Below, piece by piece: positions 38,241-47,601 of a DNA stretch of 64,000 nucleotides (position 1 is the first letter of the stretch; every line of letters starts with the position of its first letter). The position numbers were made by a program, and so were the translations under genes. Under the pieces are notes generated by a model. The model was not told where the DNA came from. It worked only from the letters and a program-made list of their open reading frames with translations, and made no database searches. The DNA is from a virus: IMG/VR virus record IMGVR_UViG_3300021599_000885; one strand, written 5' to 3'.

Positions 38241-38647
38241 TGCCTAGAAAGACAGTCAAGCAACAAACAACAAAAAGACCCACAGATACGGATACAAATG
38301 TAAACCGAGTCCGTGGGATAAGTGATAGTATTATTGGTATCAAAGACCCTGATGATATTATGGTAGAACTCTTAGCAGTTCTAAATGAAGGACCTAAGAT
38401 ACCTGAAGCAGGTAAGATTTATATCTTTGTTTACAGCGCCAAGACAGCATCACTGAACTATGATCAAAACCCTTTTGTTGCTGTTACTGATGTATTCCAG
38501 TGGGGTTTTCGTGGTCTGAACTTCCATTGGGGTGAGACCAGACAATATACTTGGAATGAAGTTGCTGGTGGGTTGTATGAAGTCTATCCATCGGAAGTGA
38601 AAGATTTGCAGATGATACCTTTTGCTAATTTTCGACTAAATACTTAA
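38240..38647 (+). CDS. gp2: DNA end protector gp2-like
   Basis: GK.Y.FVY.AKT..YDQ.P.V, GFRGLNFHW. Confidence 0.75.
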   Translation: MPRKTVKQQTTKRPTDTDTNVNRVRGISDSIIGIKDPDDIMVELLAVLNEGPKIPEAGKIYIFVYSAKTASLNYDQNPFVAVTDVFQWGFRGLNFHWGETRQYTWNEVAGGLYEVYPSEVKDLQMIPFANFRLNT

Positions 38648-38656
38648 AAAACATAA

Positions 38657-39733
38657 ATGGCGATACCCTTAGATGTAATTCCATATCAAGGAAATCAACC
38701 AAATTCACCTAAACCTGGAGAGAAAGCAACTGCTCAAAAGGACAAGGTTTTAAGGTATCCATATGCTAGAATCGATAACGACTCTGATTATTTGAGAATT
38801 GAGATAATCAAATATGAGTCTCCAGCAATTAACTTAGATTCTCTTTTTGATGTTCCAACAGATCAGAATGTAGAAAATCCAACTGTAAAAATAAAAGAGA
38901 AGGCAAACTTTCAATTACCTACGATATCTTCAAAAGTAGAAGAAACTAAAAGAACGAAAGGAATACTTCATACAATTTATCTACCAATACCAGAACAAAT
39001 AGGTGATACCACACAAATTAGTTGGGGAGAGGGAAAATTAAATCCAGCAGAAGCCTTTGGTATTGGTTTTGGTAATCAATTTCAAGATAATCCAACAGCA
39101 GCATTAAATGCTGCCCTAAAGGCGTTGACGGATGGAGTAAGTGGAATTGGAGCTGATTCACAAGCATTGAAAGCCATACAGAATGTTGTTTCCTCTACCG
39201 CAATTGGTGTCTTAGGTGGTAACGTAAGTGCTAATGAATTAATTTCAAGAGCAACTGGTCAAGTATTTAATCCAAACCTGGAACTATTATTTGATGGTGT
39301 TGGTCTTAGAAATTTCCAGTTTAGCTTTGAATTCTTTCCAAGAAATAAGAAAGAAGCGGAACAAGTCATTCTTATTATTCGTACCCTGAAAGCAAGAATG
39401 AGTGCTAAGAAAAACGCAAGTGGAAACTCTAAGATTCAAGGTGTCTTCATTTCCGCTCCAGATCTTTTCCAACTGACTTATATGAAAGGTGGTAAAAACC
39501 ACCCAATATTGAATAAGTTTAAACCAATGGCTCTGGTAGATCTACAAGTGAACTACACAGGTTCTGGAACTTATTCAACCTTCTGGGATGGAACACCAAC
39601 TCATATAACAATGTCTTTATCATTTAAAGAACTTAATCCAATATACTTTGAAGATTATAACGAGGAGCAATATAGTGGTCCATATGCTCCAGGTGAAGAT
39701 CCAGTGAACCAAGGTCATGCTGTAGGTTACTAA
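38657..39733 (+). CDS. gp48: baseplate tail-tube cap gp48
   Basis: LRYP, IYLPIP, NPNLELLFDG..LR.F.F.F, L.F.EL.P; TAAATA at 38637-38642. Confidence 0.9.
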   Translation: MAIPLDVIPYQGNQPNSPKPGEKATAQKDKVLRYPYARIDNDSDYLRIEIIKYESPAINLDSLFDVPTDQNVENPTVKIKEKANFQLPTISSKVEETKRTKGILHTIYLPIPEQIGDTTQISWGEGKLNPAEAFGIGFGNQFQDNPTAALNAALKALTDGVSGIGADSQALKAIQNVVSSTAIGVLGGNVSANELISRATGQVFNPNLELLFDGVGLRNFQFSFEFFPRNKKEAEQVILIIRTLKARMSAKKNASGNSKIQGVFISAPDLFQLTYMKGGKNHPILNKFKPMALVDLQVNYTGSGTYSTFWDGTPTHITMSLSFKELNPIYFEDYNEEQYSGPYAPGEDPVNQGHAVGY

Positions 39734-39734
39734 A

Positions 39735-40385
39735 ATGAGTTACTTTAGAGAACTACCAGACTTATTCTATCAGTCCCCATTTAAAGATAGAACTTCATCT
39801 ACCGAATATGTAAGAGTAAAGAATCTTTTTAGAAGAGTCAAACTTCGTGATGACTTACAGAATGTTTTTACTCTATTCAACAAATACCAAATCCAACAAG
39901 GAGAAAGACCAGAAACTGTCGCCAATAGACTTTATGGTGACGTATCTTATGATTGGGTTGTTCTTTTAACCGCTGGTATTGTAAATGTTAGAGACCAGTG
40001 GCCACTTTCAGATTACGAACTTTATAAGTATGCAGAAAATAAGTATGGTAGTAATCTGAATACAATTAGATTCTATGAAACAACTGAAGTGAAAGATTCT
40101 TCTGGAAGGCTTATTCTTCCTAAAGGTAAAGTTGTAGATTCAAATTTCTCAATTCCAAATCCAAATATACCAACAGCAAATTTAAATCCTGTTGGTGGTG
40201 TTACTAACTATGAGTATGAAGTAAGACTAAATGAGCAAAAGAGACAGGTCTATCTATTAAAACCAGACTACCTACAACTCTATCTTAGTGATATGAGAAG
40301 AATTATGAAGTATGAAAAGTCTTCTCAATATATCAATAAGCAACTTGCTGCTACTGAAAATACTAGAAACACTTCACCACAGTAA
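39735..40385 (+). CDS. gp53: baseplate wedge subunit gp53
   Basis: YFRELP, VKNLFRR, GERPETVA..LYGD..YDWVVLL, NYEYE. Confidence 0.9.
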   Translation: MSYFRELPDLFYQSPFKDRTSSTEYVRVKNLFRRVKLRDDLQNVFTLFNKYQIQQGERPETVANRLYGDVSYDWVVLLTAGIVNVRDQWPLSDYELYKYAENKYGSNLNTIRFYETTEVKDSSGRLILPKGKVVDSNFSIPNPNIPTANLNPVGGVTNYEYEVRLNEQKRQVYLLKPDYLQLYLSDMRRIMKYEKSSQYINKQLAATENTRNTSPQ

Positions 40386-40961
40386 CTCTAAATTCTTATC
40401 AAATATCATCACATATCGGTGTTTGCGGGAGCGTTCTTTCCATTCTCCTGCAGCACCTTTAATTTTGCCTCTAGAGTGTTTAGTTCCGTCTGCATAGTAG
40501 AAATCTTTCTTTGGGTCTGTGAGTCCGCAATACTTAAAGTTACAAGCGCGATAGATTGTACCAGAATGAAAATCACTATCAGCGTAAGAGATGACTGCTT
40601 TAACTTCAGTATCCTTCCGTAACTGTCTAATCGCTCTTGAAACAAACCAAGAAGTGATATTATATTCTGCTCGTTGGGTTTCAGGGTGTACGCAAAGGCG
40701 TGAAAGTTCAAAGAGTCCTTCTTGCTCATTTCGTGCTAGTCCAAATGCTCCTTGTGCTACTTCTGGGACAGGGAGACCTGTAAAGATACAGACTCCTTTA
40801 ATACCACCAATATTCAGTGGGCTAAAATCATTGCTCTCATATAAACCGTAGTTATATCCGCTCTTAAATCCTTTAGAAAAGTCCTTAAGATAATGAAACC
40901 GCAGAAGTAACTCTGCGGCTTCGGATTTACTTACACGGTCAATGTAATAATCTGTTTTCAC
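40374..40961 (-). CDS. Mom-like GNAT DNA modification protein
   Basis: FHYL, ELSRLC, SWFVSRAI, ISYAD..HSGTIYRACNF.Y.G. Confidence 0.8.
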   Translation of the reverse strand: MKTDYYIDRVSKSEAAELLLRFHYLKDFSKGFKSGYNYGLYESNDFSPLNIGGIKGVCIFTGLPVPEVAQGAFGLARNEQEGLFELSRLCVHPETQRAEYNITSWFVSRAIRQLRKDTEVKAVISYADSDFHSGTIYRACNFKYCGLTDPKKDFYYADGTKHSRGKIKGAAGEWKERSRKHRYVMIFDKNLELLW

Positions 40962-41022
40962 TTGAACAGTAAATTAATGTATGCTGCTACAACTAAAAGT
41001 ATTAGGCAGATTTGATTATACT

Positions 41023-41952
41023 TCACTCTTCAGCAAGTCGTGCAAAGTAAGAAAGAGTATCATCATCCTCATCTTCGTCAGCAGAAGATACAGTGCGAGT
41101 AGGTTGAAGAGAATTCAGTTCTCCACGAAGATCTTCCGTGAGTTCACGGGAAGAACCACGAGTGTATTCTTCTTCTTCACCCTCATCAGGATCTTGATAG
41201 CGAGGAGTGCCCTTGTTACCAAGAACATAGTCAAGGCGCTTCTTCAGATCATCATAAGACTTGAACTGATCAGCAGCAACAAGTTCAGCGAGAGAATACT
41301 GCTTCTTCCAGATTGCTTCCATCGCATCGTCATCTTCCAGAAGAGCATCGGGACGAGCAAACTCACTGGAGTCGTAGTTACGATAACCAGCAACGTTCTT
41401 TGCCTTCAGTTTGAAGTTAGCACCCTGCCAGAAATCGAACGGATCAATTGCTTCCTCATCCTCAAACTCAGGTTGCATCGCAGCAGTGAGTTTGTCGAAG
41501 ATCTTCTTACCGAACTTATACAGGAAGACTTTACCTTCGTTAGAGGGGTTAGCGGGATCCTTGACCACATAGATGTTAGCAATGTAAGTCAGTTTACGCT
41601 TCTGTTTACGTGCCTGTTCTTTACCCACATCAGTGCCGTTGTTCCACAGCATCGTGTTGTGCTCAGACACAGGATCCTTCTGACCCAGAGTGGTCAGAGA
41701 GTTCTCAATATACCAACCACCAGGACCTTGGAATGCGTGACTGTAGAGTTTCACGAACGGAAGGTCCTCACCGTTCGGAGCAGGCAGGAAACGGATGACG
41801 GCATAACCATTGCCGCTCTTATCACATTCTAGTTTCCACAGGCGCTCATCGCCACTGGAACCGCCATTGTTATTCATTTTTTCGACTTCCTTGACCAGTT
41901 TTGCGGTCAGGGAGCCAAGCTTAGATTGCTTCTTAAGGTCTGCGAAAGACAT
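41023..41952 (-). CDS. gp32: single-stranded DNA-binding protein gp32
   Basis: DKSGNGYAVIRFLP, WYIENSLTT, KFGKKIFDK, DFWQGANFKLK, acidic tail. Confidence 0.97.
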   Translation of the reverse strand: MSFADLKKQSKLGSLTAKLVKEVEKMNNNGGSSGDERLWKLECDKSGNGYAVIRFLPAPNGEDLPFVKLYSHAFQGPGGWYIENSLTTLGQKDPVSEHNTMLWNNGTDVGKEQARKQKRKLTYIANIYVVKDPANPSNEGKVFLYKFGKKIFDKLTAAMQPEFEDEEAIDPFDFWQGANFKLKAKNVAGYRNYDSSEFARPDALLEDDDAMEAIWKKQYSLAELVAADQFKSYDDLKKRLDYVLGNKGTPRYQDPDEGEEEEYTRGSSRELTEDLRGELNSLQPTRTVSSADEDEDDDTLSYFARLAEE

Positions 41953-41995
41953 TTGGATTACCTCGGATTAATTGGATTCGGGGGATTACTCGGAT

Positions 41996-42024
41996 AGTAT
42001 AACAGGGATGCCCTCAGTCGTCAA
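41996..42024 (-). promoter_or_regulatory. sigma70 promoter for gp32
   Basis: TTGACG-N17-TATACT. Confidence 0.8.
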
Positions 42025-42346
42025 GATATTGCTTGAGGGATTCGATTGTCTGATTCATACTGTCGAATAAAACTTGCATATCGGTCTCTGGTGGGAATCC
42101 CATCAGTGCTACCGATTTGCGAAGATTCTCTTTCATCTCAACCGCCTGTGGGTCATCTGAAAGAGACAATCTAGTATACATGATCCTTTGCTTTTCTAGC
42201 AAGGTCTGTAACTTTTCAACGTGTTCTTTCTTGGTTTCATTATCCATTACACCAAAGGTAAGGATACTTCCATAGATTTGTTCTTGAAGATTATTAATTT
42301 CTTCAAGTTCTTCTTGAATAATATCGGATTTAAAAAATTCACTCAT
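42014..42346 (-). CDS. DUF1825-like protein
   Basis: FF.S.I.QEEL, L.EKQ..MY.RLSLSDDP.A. Confidence 0.75.
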   Translation of the reverse strand: MSEFFKSDIIQEELEEINNLQEQIYGSILTFGVMDNETKKEHVEKLQTLLEKQRIMYTRLSLSDDPQAVEMKENLRKSVALMGFPPETDMQVLFDSMNQTIESLKQYLDD

Positions 42347-42929
42347 TGATAATGGACCGCAAAATCTTTCGGTAGTTGAACACATCAATATTTAGGAATG
42401 GGGAATATTTTTTCAATTTCAAACTTACGGTTTCCCACACAGGGTCCAGAAGTTTCTTATCAAAATCGTTTGAGAAATGGAATATTTTTTCGTAGATTGT
42501 GAAAGTTTCTAGCGATAGTTGCCCGCTTAGAAACTTTTTGAGTATCGGAGGGTGACCTTTGGTACAGTTGAACAAACTCTCTAACTCGTTCTCCGATAAC
42601 AATTCGTTGCTTTGCTCTTTGAATAAGTAGGTCAAACTCTGTTGACGCCTCATCCACTCTGCGTATGTTCTTTCGCCAGAATTGATAATTTCTCCAATCC
42701 ATAAGTTTTGTGGGTTGTCTGCGGATACAAAATTTGCAAGTAGAAAGTCTTTGACTTCCTCATCAGAATATTTACGGCTGGTCTTCTCAAACCAGTATTT
42801 GTCTTTACGTTTATTGAAAGAAGTCACAGTTGCCCGTGACTTTCCTCCATACTTAAAAAAGTCATATTTACTGTTCGTAAAATGACTTTTCATCGAAAGA
42901 TAAGTTTGATAAGTTTCAAATGGTGACAT
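42339..42929 (-). CDS. gp59: helicase loader gp59
   Basis: Y..YL.MK.HF...YDFFKY.GK, F.KRKDKY.FEK. Confidence 0.9.
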   Translation of the reverse strand: MSPFETYQTYLSMKSHFTNSKYDFFKYGGKSRATVTSFNKRKDKYWFEKTSRKYSDEEVKDFLLANFVSADNPQNLWIGEIINSGERTYAEWMRRQQSLTYLFKEQSNELLSENELESLFNCTKGHPPILKKFLSGQLSLETFTIYEKIFHFSNDFDKKLLDPVWETVSLKLKKYSPFLNIDVFNYRKILRSIINE

Positions 42930-42944
42930 AATAAACTTCAAAAA

Positions 42945-43460
42945 TTACTTTCCTCCCCAAGCAGTATATCTTGATTTTTCAGTATCACTCCATTGTCTAG
43001 CAACAAAGTCTTTACCAACACCAGTTCCCTCAACTCCCTTTAGTTTTGAAAGAACTTTTGGTGGGGTATAACCACCGCCATATACAGAAGAAATGCTAAA
43101 TCCAGCTCTTGCTAAATCATTGCGAATTGAGGAACTCATTGCTCTTTCTCCAATCTTATCATCAGAGAAACCTTTTTGTACCCCACCAGAAGGTCTATAC
43201 ATTGGGATATCAAATGCTCTATCAGAATAGTGCCTTGATCCTTTAGAGTGCTTTCCTCCAGAGGTGGAACCAATCTCCCAACCCTGTTTTTTCATCCATG
43301 CTATAGCAGCATCTCTAGTCTTTTTATCATCAAACTCCAAATGATCATGATAATTTTTACCACCATGACTTGGATCATATCCTCCGTGAGTTTCGTCACC
43401 AGTGATATATCCAGCTTTCATTTCGTTTATTACAGATATAAACTGATTAAACGTTTTCAT
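42945..43460 (-). CDS. putative internal head protein with peptidase M15-like motifs
   Basis: MKTFNQFISVINE capsid-targeting-like N-terminus; SRHYSDRAFD and HDHLEF motifs; TAAATA at 43479-43484. Confidence 0.6.
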   Translation of the reverse strand: MKTFNQFISVINEMKAGYITGDETHGGYDPSHGGKNYHDHLEFDDKKTRDAAIAWMKKQGWEIGSTSGGKHSKGSRHYSDRAFDIPMYRPSGGVQKGFSDDKIGERAMSSSIRNDLARAGFSISSVYGGGYTPPKVLSKLKGVEGTGVGKDFVARQWSDTEKSRYTAWGGK

Positions 43461-43486
43461 TTGAAGTTGTCTTTTATGTATTTAGT

Positions 43487-43747
43487 TTACAGAGGAAGTT
43501 TTGCCTTCGAAGTCTTCTTCATAAAGTTGAGACGGATAGCATCCCACTTCAATCTCTCTTTTAATGGTTTTGAGATAAGCTTCGTGACTGATTCTACCTC
43601 AAGACTGTTAATTTCACAATAGTGACAGATAGCATCAATGTAGTTGAAGTTTTCTTCAATCACAATCTTCTCAATTTCAAGAGCGAATTTAGAAGGAGTC
43701 AGAAACTTACTTTCTATTGCTTGTTCTAGTTCTTTGTTATTTTCCAT
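43487..43747 (-). CDS. gp33: late transcription coactivator gp33
   Basis: KFALEIE.IV...NYIDAI..YCE.N.LE.E...KLISKPLKE.L..DA..LNF; start MENNKE at 43747. Confidence 0.9.
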   Translation of the reverse strand: MENNKELEQAIESKFLTPSKFALEIEKIVIEENFNYIDAICHYCEINSLEVESVTKLISKPLKERLKWDAIRLNFMKKTSKAKLPL

Positions 43748-44414
43748 AGAGTTCCAGTTTATCTCTAACAAACTTTCTAATGTATTCGCTGAGAAGTTTG
43801 ATGTACTTTGATTTGTCTCGTTCTTCATAGACGACGCATTCTCCATTTTCACAAGCCATGATGATTACAAGTTTTTTAACTGAAATACCAGTCAGTTCGT
43901 ACAGCATACATCCGTAAGCCATACATTGAACAAAATAGTGTTCGATCCACTCTCGTGGTTTTGGTTTTTTAGAAGTCTTAAAGTCGATTATAGCTAACTC
44001 ACCGTCATATTCAGCGATGCAGTCAACTGTCCCAGCAATACCTAGTTGCTTACTATATAGGGACCCTTCAAGGGCGTAAATATTATTTATACGATTTAAG
44101 TCTGATTTTGAAATTTTAAAGAGGAAATCAGAAATTGGTTGTACTTTTGGTAGTTCTTCATTCTTCAGATGATGTTCTACCAGAGTATGCATGTCTGTAC
44201 CACGACTTGTTGCTGCCTTCGTGATACGATCTGCTTCTTCATCACCGACTTTCTTTCTCCAGTTGACGAAAATCTCCCTATTAAAATGACTGGTCACCGA
44301 AGTGATGGAGACCAGTCTAAGAAGTTCTTCTTCTGTAGGAACTCTGTAATACCTTACACCATCAATAGTCTCCCTCTCAAGTTGAGGGAGATCAATATCA
44401 ACATGACTGAACAT
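43737..44414 (-). CDS. PD-(D/E)XK exonuclease (Cas4-like)
   Basis: SITSV, RGT.MH..E, AGTVDC, IIDFKTS, YFVQ..AY. Confidence 0.9.
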   Translation of the reverse strand: MFSHVDIDLPQLERETIDGVRYYRVPTEEELLRLVSITSVTSHFNREIFVNWRKKVGDEEADRITKAATSRGTDMHTLVEHHLKNEELPKVQPISDFLFKISKSDLNRINNIYALEGSLYSKQLGIAGTVDCIAEYDGELAIIDFKTSKKPKPREWIEHYFVQCMAYGCMLYELTGISVKKLVIIMACENGECVVYEERDKSKYIKLLSEYIRKFVRDKLELYGK

Positions 44415-45172
44415 TAAAAACCTGCTTCCATTTTTGCGAGAATGTATTCTTTAACAAGTCCAGAGCGGACAATATCATCAACCCCAAATTCAATTATATC
44501 AAAAGAAGGCATTTTACGCAATACACTCATAAAATCATGAATACCATTACGCTCATTTGACTTCTGCAAATCAGACTGAACCGCATCACCACAGAAACAA
44601 ATTCTAGTATTTTCACCAACACGAGTGATAATAGAGTCTAATTCATGGAAGTTTAGGTTCTGATATTCATCAACAATAATAATAGAGTTATCAAGTGTAG
44701 TTCCACGAAGGAACGAAGTACTCCAAAACTTGATTGTTTCTTGTGACTTGAGATTACCATAGAGCATCTCGAAATCAGCATCACTAGGCATCTGGAACAT
44801 ATATTTCACCATATTCTTATAAGGAATTTGGTAAATATCCGCCTTATCTTCATGAGAACCAGGAAGGAACCCAATCTCTCTGGTAGCAACTAGAGAACGA
44901 ACAAGGTAAATGCGTTCATAAGGTGTATGTTCATTCAATACATCTTGAAGAGCATTATAAAGTGTGATAAAGGTTTTACCAGTACCAGCACAACCATATG
45001 CTACTAAATGTTTACCTTCTTGATAGGAATTAAATAATCTTTTTTGATTATCCGTAAGGGGATCAATATCAATAAGGTAATCGGAACTTAGAGGTTTCTT
45101 CCTCTTCATCTGCTTTGCAGTGAGACCAACCCCGATAGGTTGCTCTGCAGACGATCTTTTTCTTCTTGCCAT
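44414..45172 (-). CDS. phoH: PhoH family ATPase
   Basis: G.AGTGKT, IGFLPG, FLRGTTL, DE.QN, TRVGE, GD..QSDL, DIVRSGLV. Confidence 0.95.
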   Translation of the reverse strand: MARRKRSSAEQPIGVGLTAKQMKRKKPLSSDYLIDIDPLTDNQKRLFNSYQEGKHLVAYGCAGTGKTFITLYNALQDVLNEHTPYERIYLVRSLVATREIGFLPGSHEDKADIYQIPYKNMVKYMFQMPSDADFEMLYGNLKSQETIKFWSTSFLRGTTLDNSIIIVDEYQNLNFHELDSIITRVGENTRICFCGDAVQSDLQKSNERNGIHDFMSVLRKMPSFDIIEFGVDDIVRSGLVKEYILAKMEAGF

Positions 45173-45429
45173 TAGATTTTGTTTACTTTAGAACCAGGCA
45201 TTTTCGCTGCACGGTGCAGCACATCGTTCCATCCAGGATTCTTCTTCCTGAGTTTGTCCTTCCACTCACCCACTTCACCAGGTTGTGGGCAGGTAGAAGG
45301 ATCAGACCAGTCTCGAATCCATTCTGGATTTTCCACTTTCCACTGGTCCCATTCGTTGACGCTCATCGTCACTTCTTTTTGTTCACCAGTTTCTTTGTGG
45401 ACTACAGGATATGTTGCCAAAATTTTCAC
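45172..45429 (-). CDS. conserved cyanophage protein upstream of phoH
   Basis: ATYPV...TGE..E, PGW..VL; TAAATA at 45448-45453. Confidence 0.75.
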   Translation of the reverse strand: MKILATYPVVHKETGEQKEVTMSVNEWDQWKVENPEWIRDWSDPSTCPQPGEVGEWKDKLRKKNPGWNDVLHRAAKMPGSKVNKI

Positions 45430-45446
45430 CTCCTAATGATATGAAC

Positions 45447-46025
45447 TTATTTATTGTTTAAATGAGAAGATATTTTCATAATATGATTGGTAAAATCTTC
45501 CAAAGATAAATCCCACTTCATCACATTACAAATTTTACAGCAAGGGGTACAATTATCTTCTGTATAACCTTTAGTACTATCAATCCTATCAATTCCAGTA
45601 TATAAAAAATCACCGCCAGTTTTTGATTGCGATTTTTTTACGGAAGATAATGAATCACCACAATAAGAACAAGATTTTACTACATTTTCTGTAAAAAAAT
45701 TTACATCAATGTCAAAGTTTAATCCTCTTCTATTAGCAGAAGTTCTATATGTGGAGTATAGGTCGTTTTTTGCGGCTTCACCATAAGATAATTTCCAAGG
45801 CATATTTTTTGCCCCTTTTGATTTCCAAGTAGATACATCTCTTTGAGAACATCCACAAGAATATCTTCTTCTTATGTTAAAACTATACATTTCTTTAGTC
45901 CCACCACATATAGAACATTTTACTTTCCCTTTAACATGATGACCTGGACCTTTTGCTGGTATTACATCCAATACGGTAAAGTTGCCTATGACATCTCCAA
46001 CACTAATAGATGATTTTCTTCCCAT
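45447..46025 (-). mobile_element. free-standing HNH homing endonuclease
   Basis: C..CG, SCGC N-domain; CSYCG, GIDRIDS.KGY..DN..PCC..CN.MK; AT-rich insertion after thyX. Confidence 0.85.
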
Positions 46026-46029
46026 AGTA

Positions 46030-46072
46030 GTAATGTATCCAACTACTTATATTTATAATATGGATACATTAC
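46030..46072 (-). promoter_or_regulatory. 12-bp hairpin with late promoter in loop upstream of HNH
   Basis: GTAATGTATCCA/TGGATACATTAC with TATAAATA at 46050-46057. Confidence 0.8.
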
Positions 46073-46722
46073 AGAACCCATTGATTTTCTACTCCCCCAA
46101 GTGCTTCTGTACAGATAGGAAATTGCTCGGCAAAGATTTTTTTACATTCTTTAGCAATATCCATATGCTCTTTTTGCGTTCCATTTTTTTCTCGGAGTGC
46201 AATATATGTGATCCAAGACCTGCAACTACCCGCCATATAAAGACGAGTAGGAGTCGCCAGAGGAAGCACAAAGCGAGCAGACTCTTTTGCTACTCCGTGA
46301 GCAAGAAGTTCCTTGTAGAGGCGCATACCCTCCGCAAAATGGTCTTGAATCTTACTTTGTAGCGTCAGTTTTTCATATTCGCCAATATCATCAATAGAGT
46401 TTTGACGATTCTTGGTATCCTGACGACGAAGATCGGGAACGGGAATATACTCTGAAATCAGTGAAGTATCAGCATAGCGTTGTGAGAACTCTTGATATGT
46501 GAAACTACGGTGACGCAAAATTTGAGCTGCGATACCACGATTGGTTTCAATCTCAAGAGTCATAAAACTCTGCTCAAACACAGACCAATGGTTGTGCTTG
46601 ATGCAATAAGCAAGCAACTTGGAATAGTTTTCGTTGTCTTGATTTGCAGGATTACTGACTCTTGCTACATACGCCATTGTCTTTTCGGCGTCTGGAGTTA
46701 CACTAACCAGTTTTACAGTCAT
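46069..46722 (-). CDS. thyX: FAD-dependent thymidylate synthase
   Basis: HWSVFE, QILRHRSFTYQEFSQRY, KE.ARFVLP, TQKEH. Confidence 0.97.
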   Translation of the reverse strand: MTVKLVSVTPDAEKTMAYVARVSNPANQDNENYSKLLAYCIKHNHWSVFEQSFMTLEIETNRGIAAQILRHRSFTYQEFSQRYADTSLISEYIPVPDLRRQDTKNRQNSIDDIGEYEKLTLQSKIQDHFAEGMRLYKELLAHGVAKESARFVLPLATPTRLYMAGSCRSWITYIALREKNGTQKEHMDIAKECKKIFAEQFPICTEALGGVENQWVL

Positions 46723-46883
46723 TTACCAAATCCTTTTGATGTTTTCTTTTCTAAGTCTGCGAGTTGTTCTTTCAACTCACGAAGTTGCACTTTCATCTCA
46801 CGAATCTTTTCATCGGTATAGAGATGGTCTTGCTTGATGAGACGCTCAAGCAACTTTACAAGTTTTTTAGATCTACTAGTCAT
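46719..46883 (-). CDS. small coiled-coil protein (54 aa, ends KGFGK)
   Basis: read manually; coupled to thyX start. Confidence 0.7.
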   Translation of the reverse strand: MTSRSKKLVKLLERLIKQDHLYTDEKIREMKVQLRELKEQLADLEKKTSKGFGK

Positions 46884-47053
46884 TAATCTGCATATCCATC
46901 ATCATCGTCAAAAATTTCATCGTAGTCTTGTAGACCTACTTTTACTTCCTCATAGTTGAGATAACTCTGAGTATCAGAGTATACTTCAGCTTTGAGAGAA
47001 TCTACAAGTAATTCAAGATTACGGACGATGAGTTTAAGTTTTTCTTTGTCCAT
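46883..47053 (-). CDS. conserved cyanophage hypothetical protein
   Basis: MDKEKLKLIVRNLELLVDSLKAEVYSD. Confidence 0.75.
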   Translation of the reverse strand: MDKEKLKLIVRNLELLVDSLKAEVYSDTQSYLNYEEVKVGLQDYDEIFDDDDGYAD

Positions 47054-47083
47054 AAGATAGGGTTCTCTCAACTCATTTTACAC

Positions 47084-47111
47084 AAAAAAAGGGAGGTCGT
47101 CAAGACCTCCC
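47084..47111 (-). terminator. intrinsic terminator
   Basis: GGGAGGTC-TTGAC-GACCTCCC followed by U7. Confidence 0.85.
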
Positions 47112-47118
47112 CATCTTA

Positions 47119-47292
47119 TTACTCACTCAGCATATTTCTACATACCCGTTTACAAGTTTGTTGGTCATCATCACATTCTATTAGACAGTTAAAATAATCA
47201 TTGACTAACTCCATTTCATCATTACAACGGTCAACTGTTTGCTCAAAGTGTCGCCATTCTGCAAGTTGATTGTAAGAGACAAGGTTGTGCAT
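47119..47292 (-). CDS. small Cys-containing cyanobacterial/cyanophage protein
   Basis: MHNLVSYNQLAEW...YFNCLIECDDDQQTCKRVCR. Confidence 0.7.
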   Translation of the reverse strand: MHNLVSYNQLAEWRHFEQTVDRCNDEMELVNDYFNCLIECDDDQQTCKRVCRNMLSE

Positions 47293-47429
47293 AATGTCCT
47301 CCACGCACAAGGATAATCATAACAAATAATTTTCGCTCATTTGTATGACCTCATTATTCTACCATATGTATATTAGATATGTTACTTAGGATACAAAAAT
47401 TTATGCCTATTAGAGAAACTTATAGACAT

Positions 47430-47457
47430 AAAAAAAGAGGGAGAGTCAATCTCCCTC
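47430..47457 (-). terminator. intrinsic terminator ending riboswitch/DUF4278 operon
   Basis: GAGGGAGA-TTGAC-TCTCCCTC followed by U7. Confidence 0.85.
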
Positions 47458-47601
47458 AAACTTAAACATTTTTTCAAACCACTCATCTAGATGAATAGTA
47501 TAACAGGACCAATAATTACAACCCCTGTATGTTAGTTGATAGCAAGCAGGAGGTCTATTGTCCTTATCCATATCATCATAATGATATTTGTAGTTGTCCA
47601 T
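47446..47601 (-). CDS. small protein with LTYRG motif (DUF4278-related, 51 aa)
   Basis: MDNYKYHYDDMDKDNRPPACYQLTYRGCNYWSCY...; TAATG coupling; read manually. Confidence 0.65.
   Translation of the reverse strand: MDNYKYHYDDMDKDNRPPACYQLTYRGCNYWSCYTIHLDEWFEKMFKFEGD

Noticed and set aside
40981-41832. 283-aa plus-strand ORF
   Set aside because: Antisense shadow of highly codon-biased gp32.
43737-44414. Cas4 as evidence of CRISPR-Cas
   Set aside because: Standard phoH-linked exonuclease of T4-like cyanophages; no array or other cas genes.
45447-46069. group I intron in thyX
   Set aside because: thyX is uninterrupted and the HNH lies after its stop; no intron core is visible.
47381-47394. second NtcA-like site (GTT-N8-TAC)
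   Set aside because: One mismatch and 19-nt rather than ~22-nt spacing to the TAGAAT box; too weak to call.
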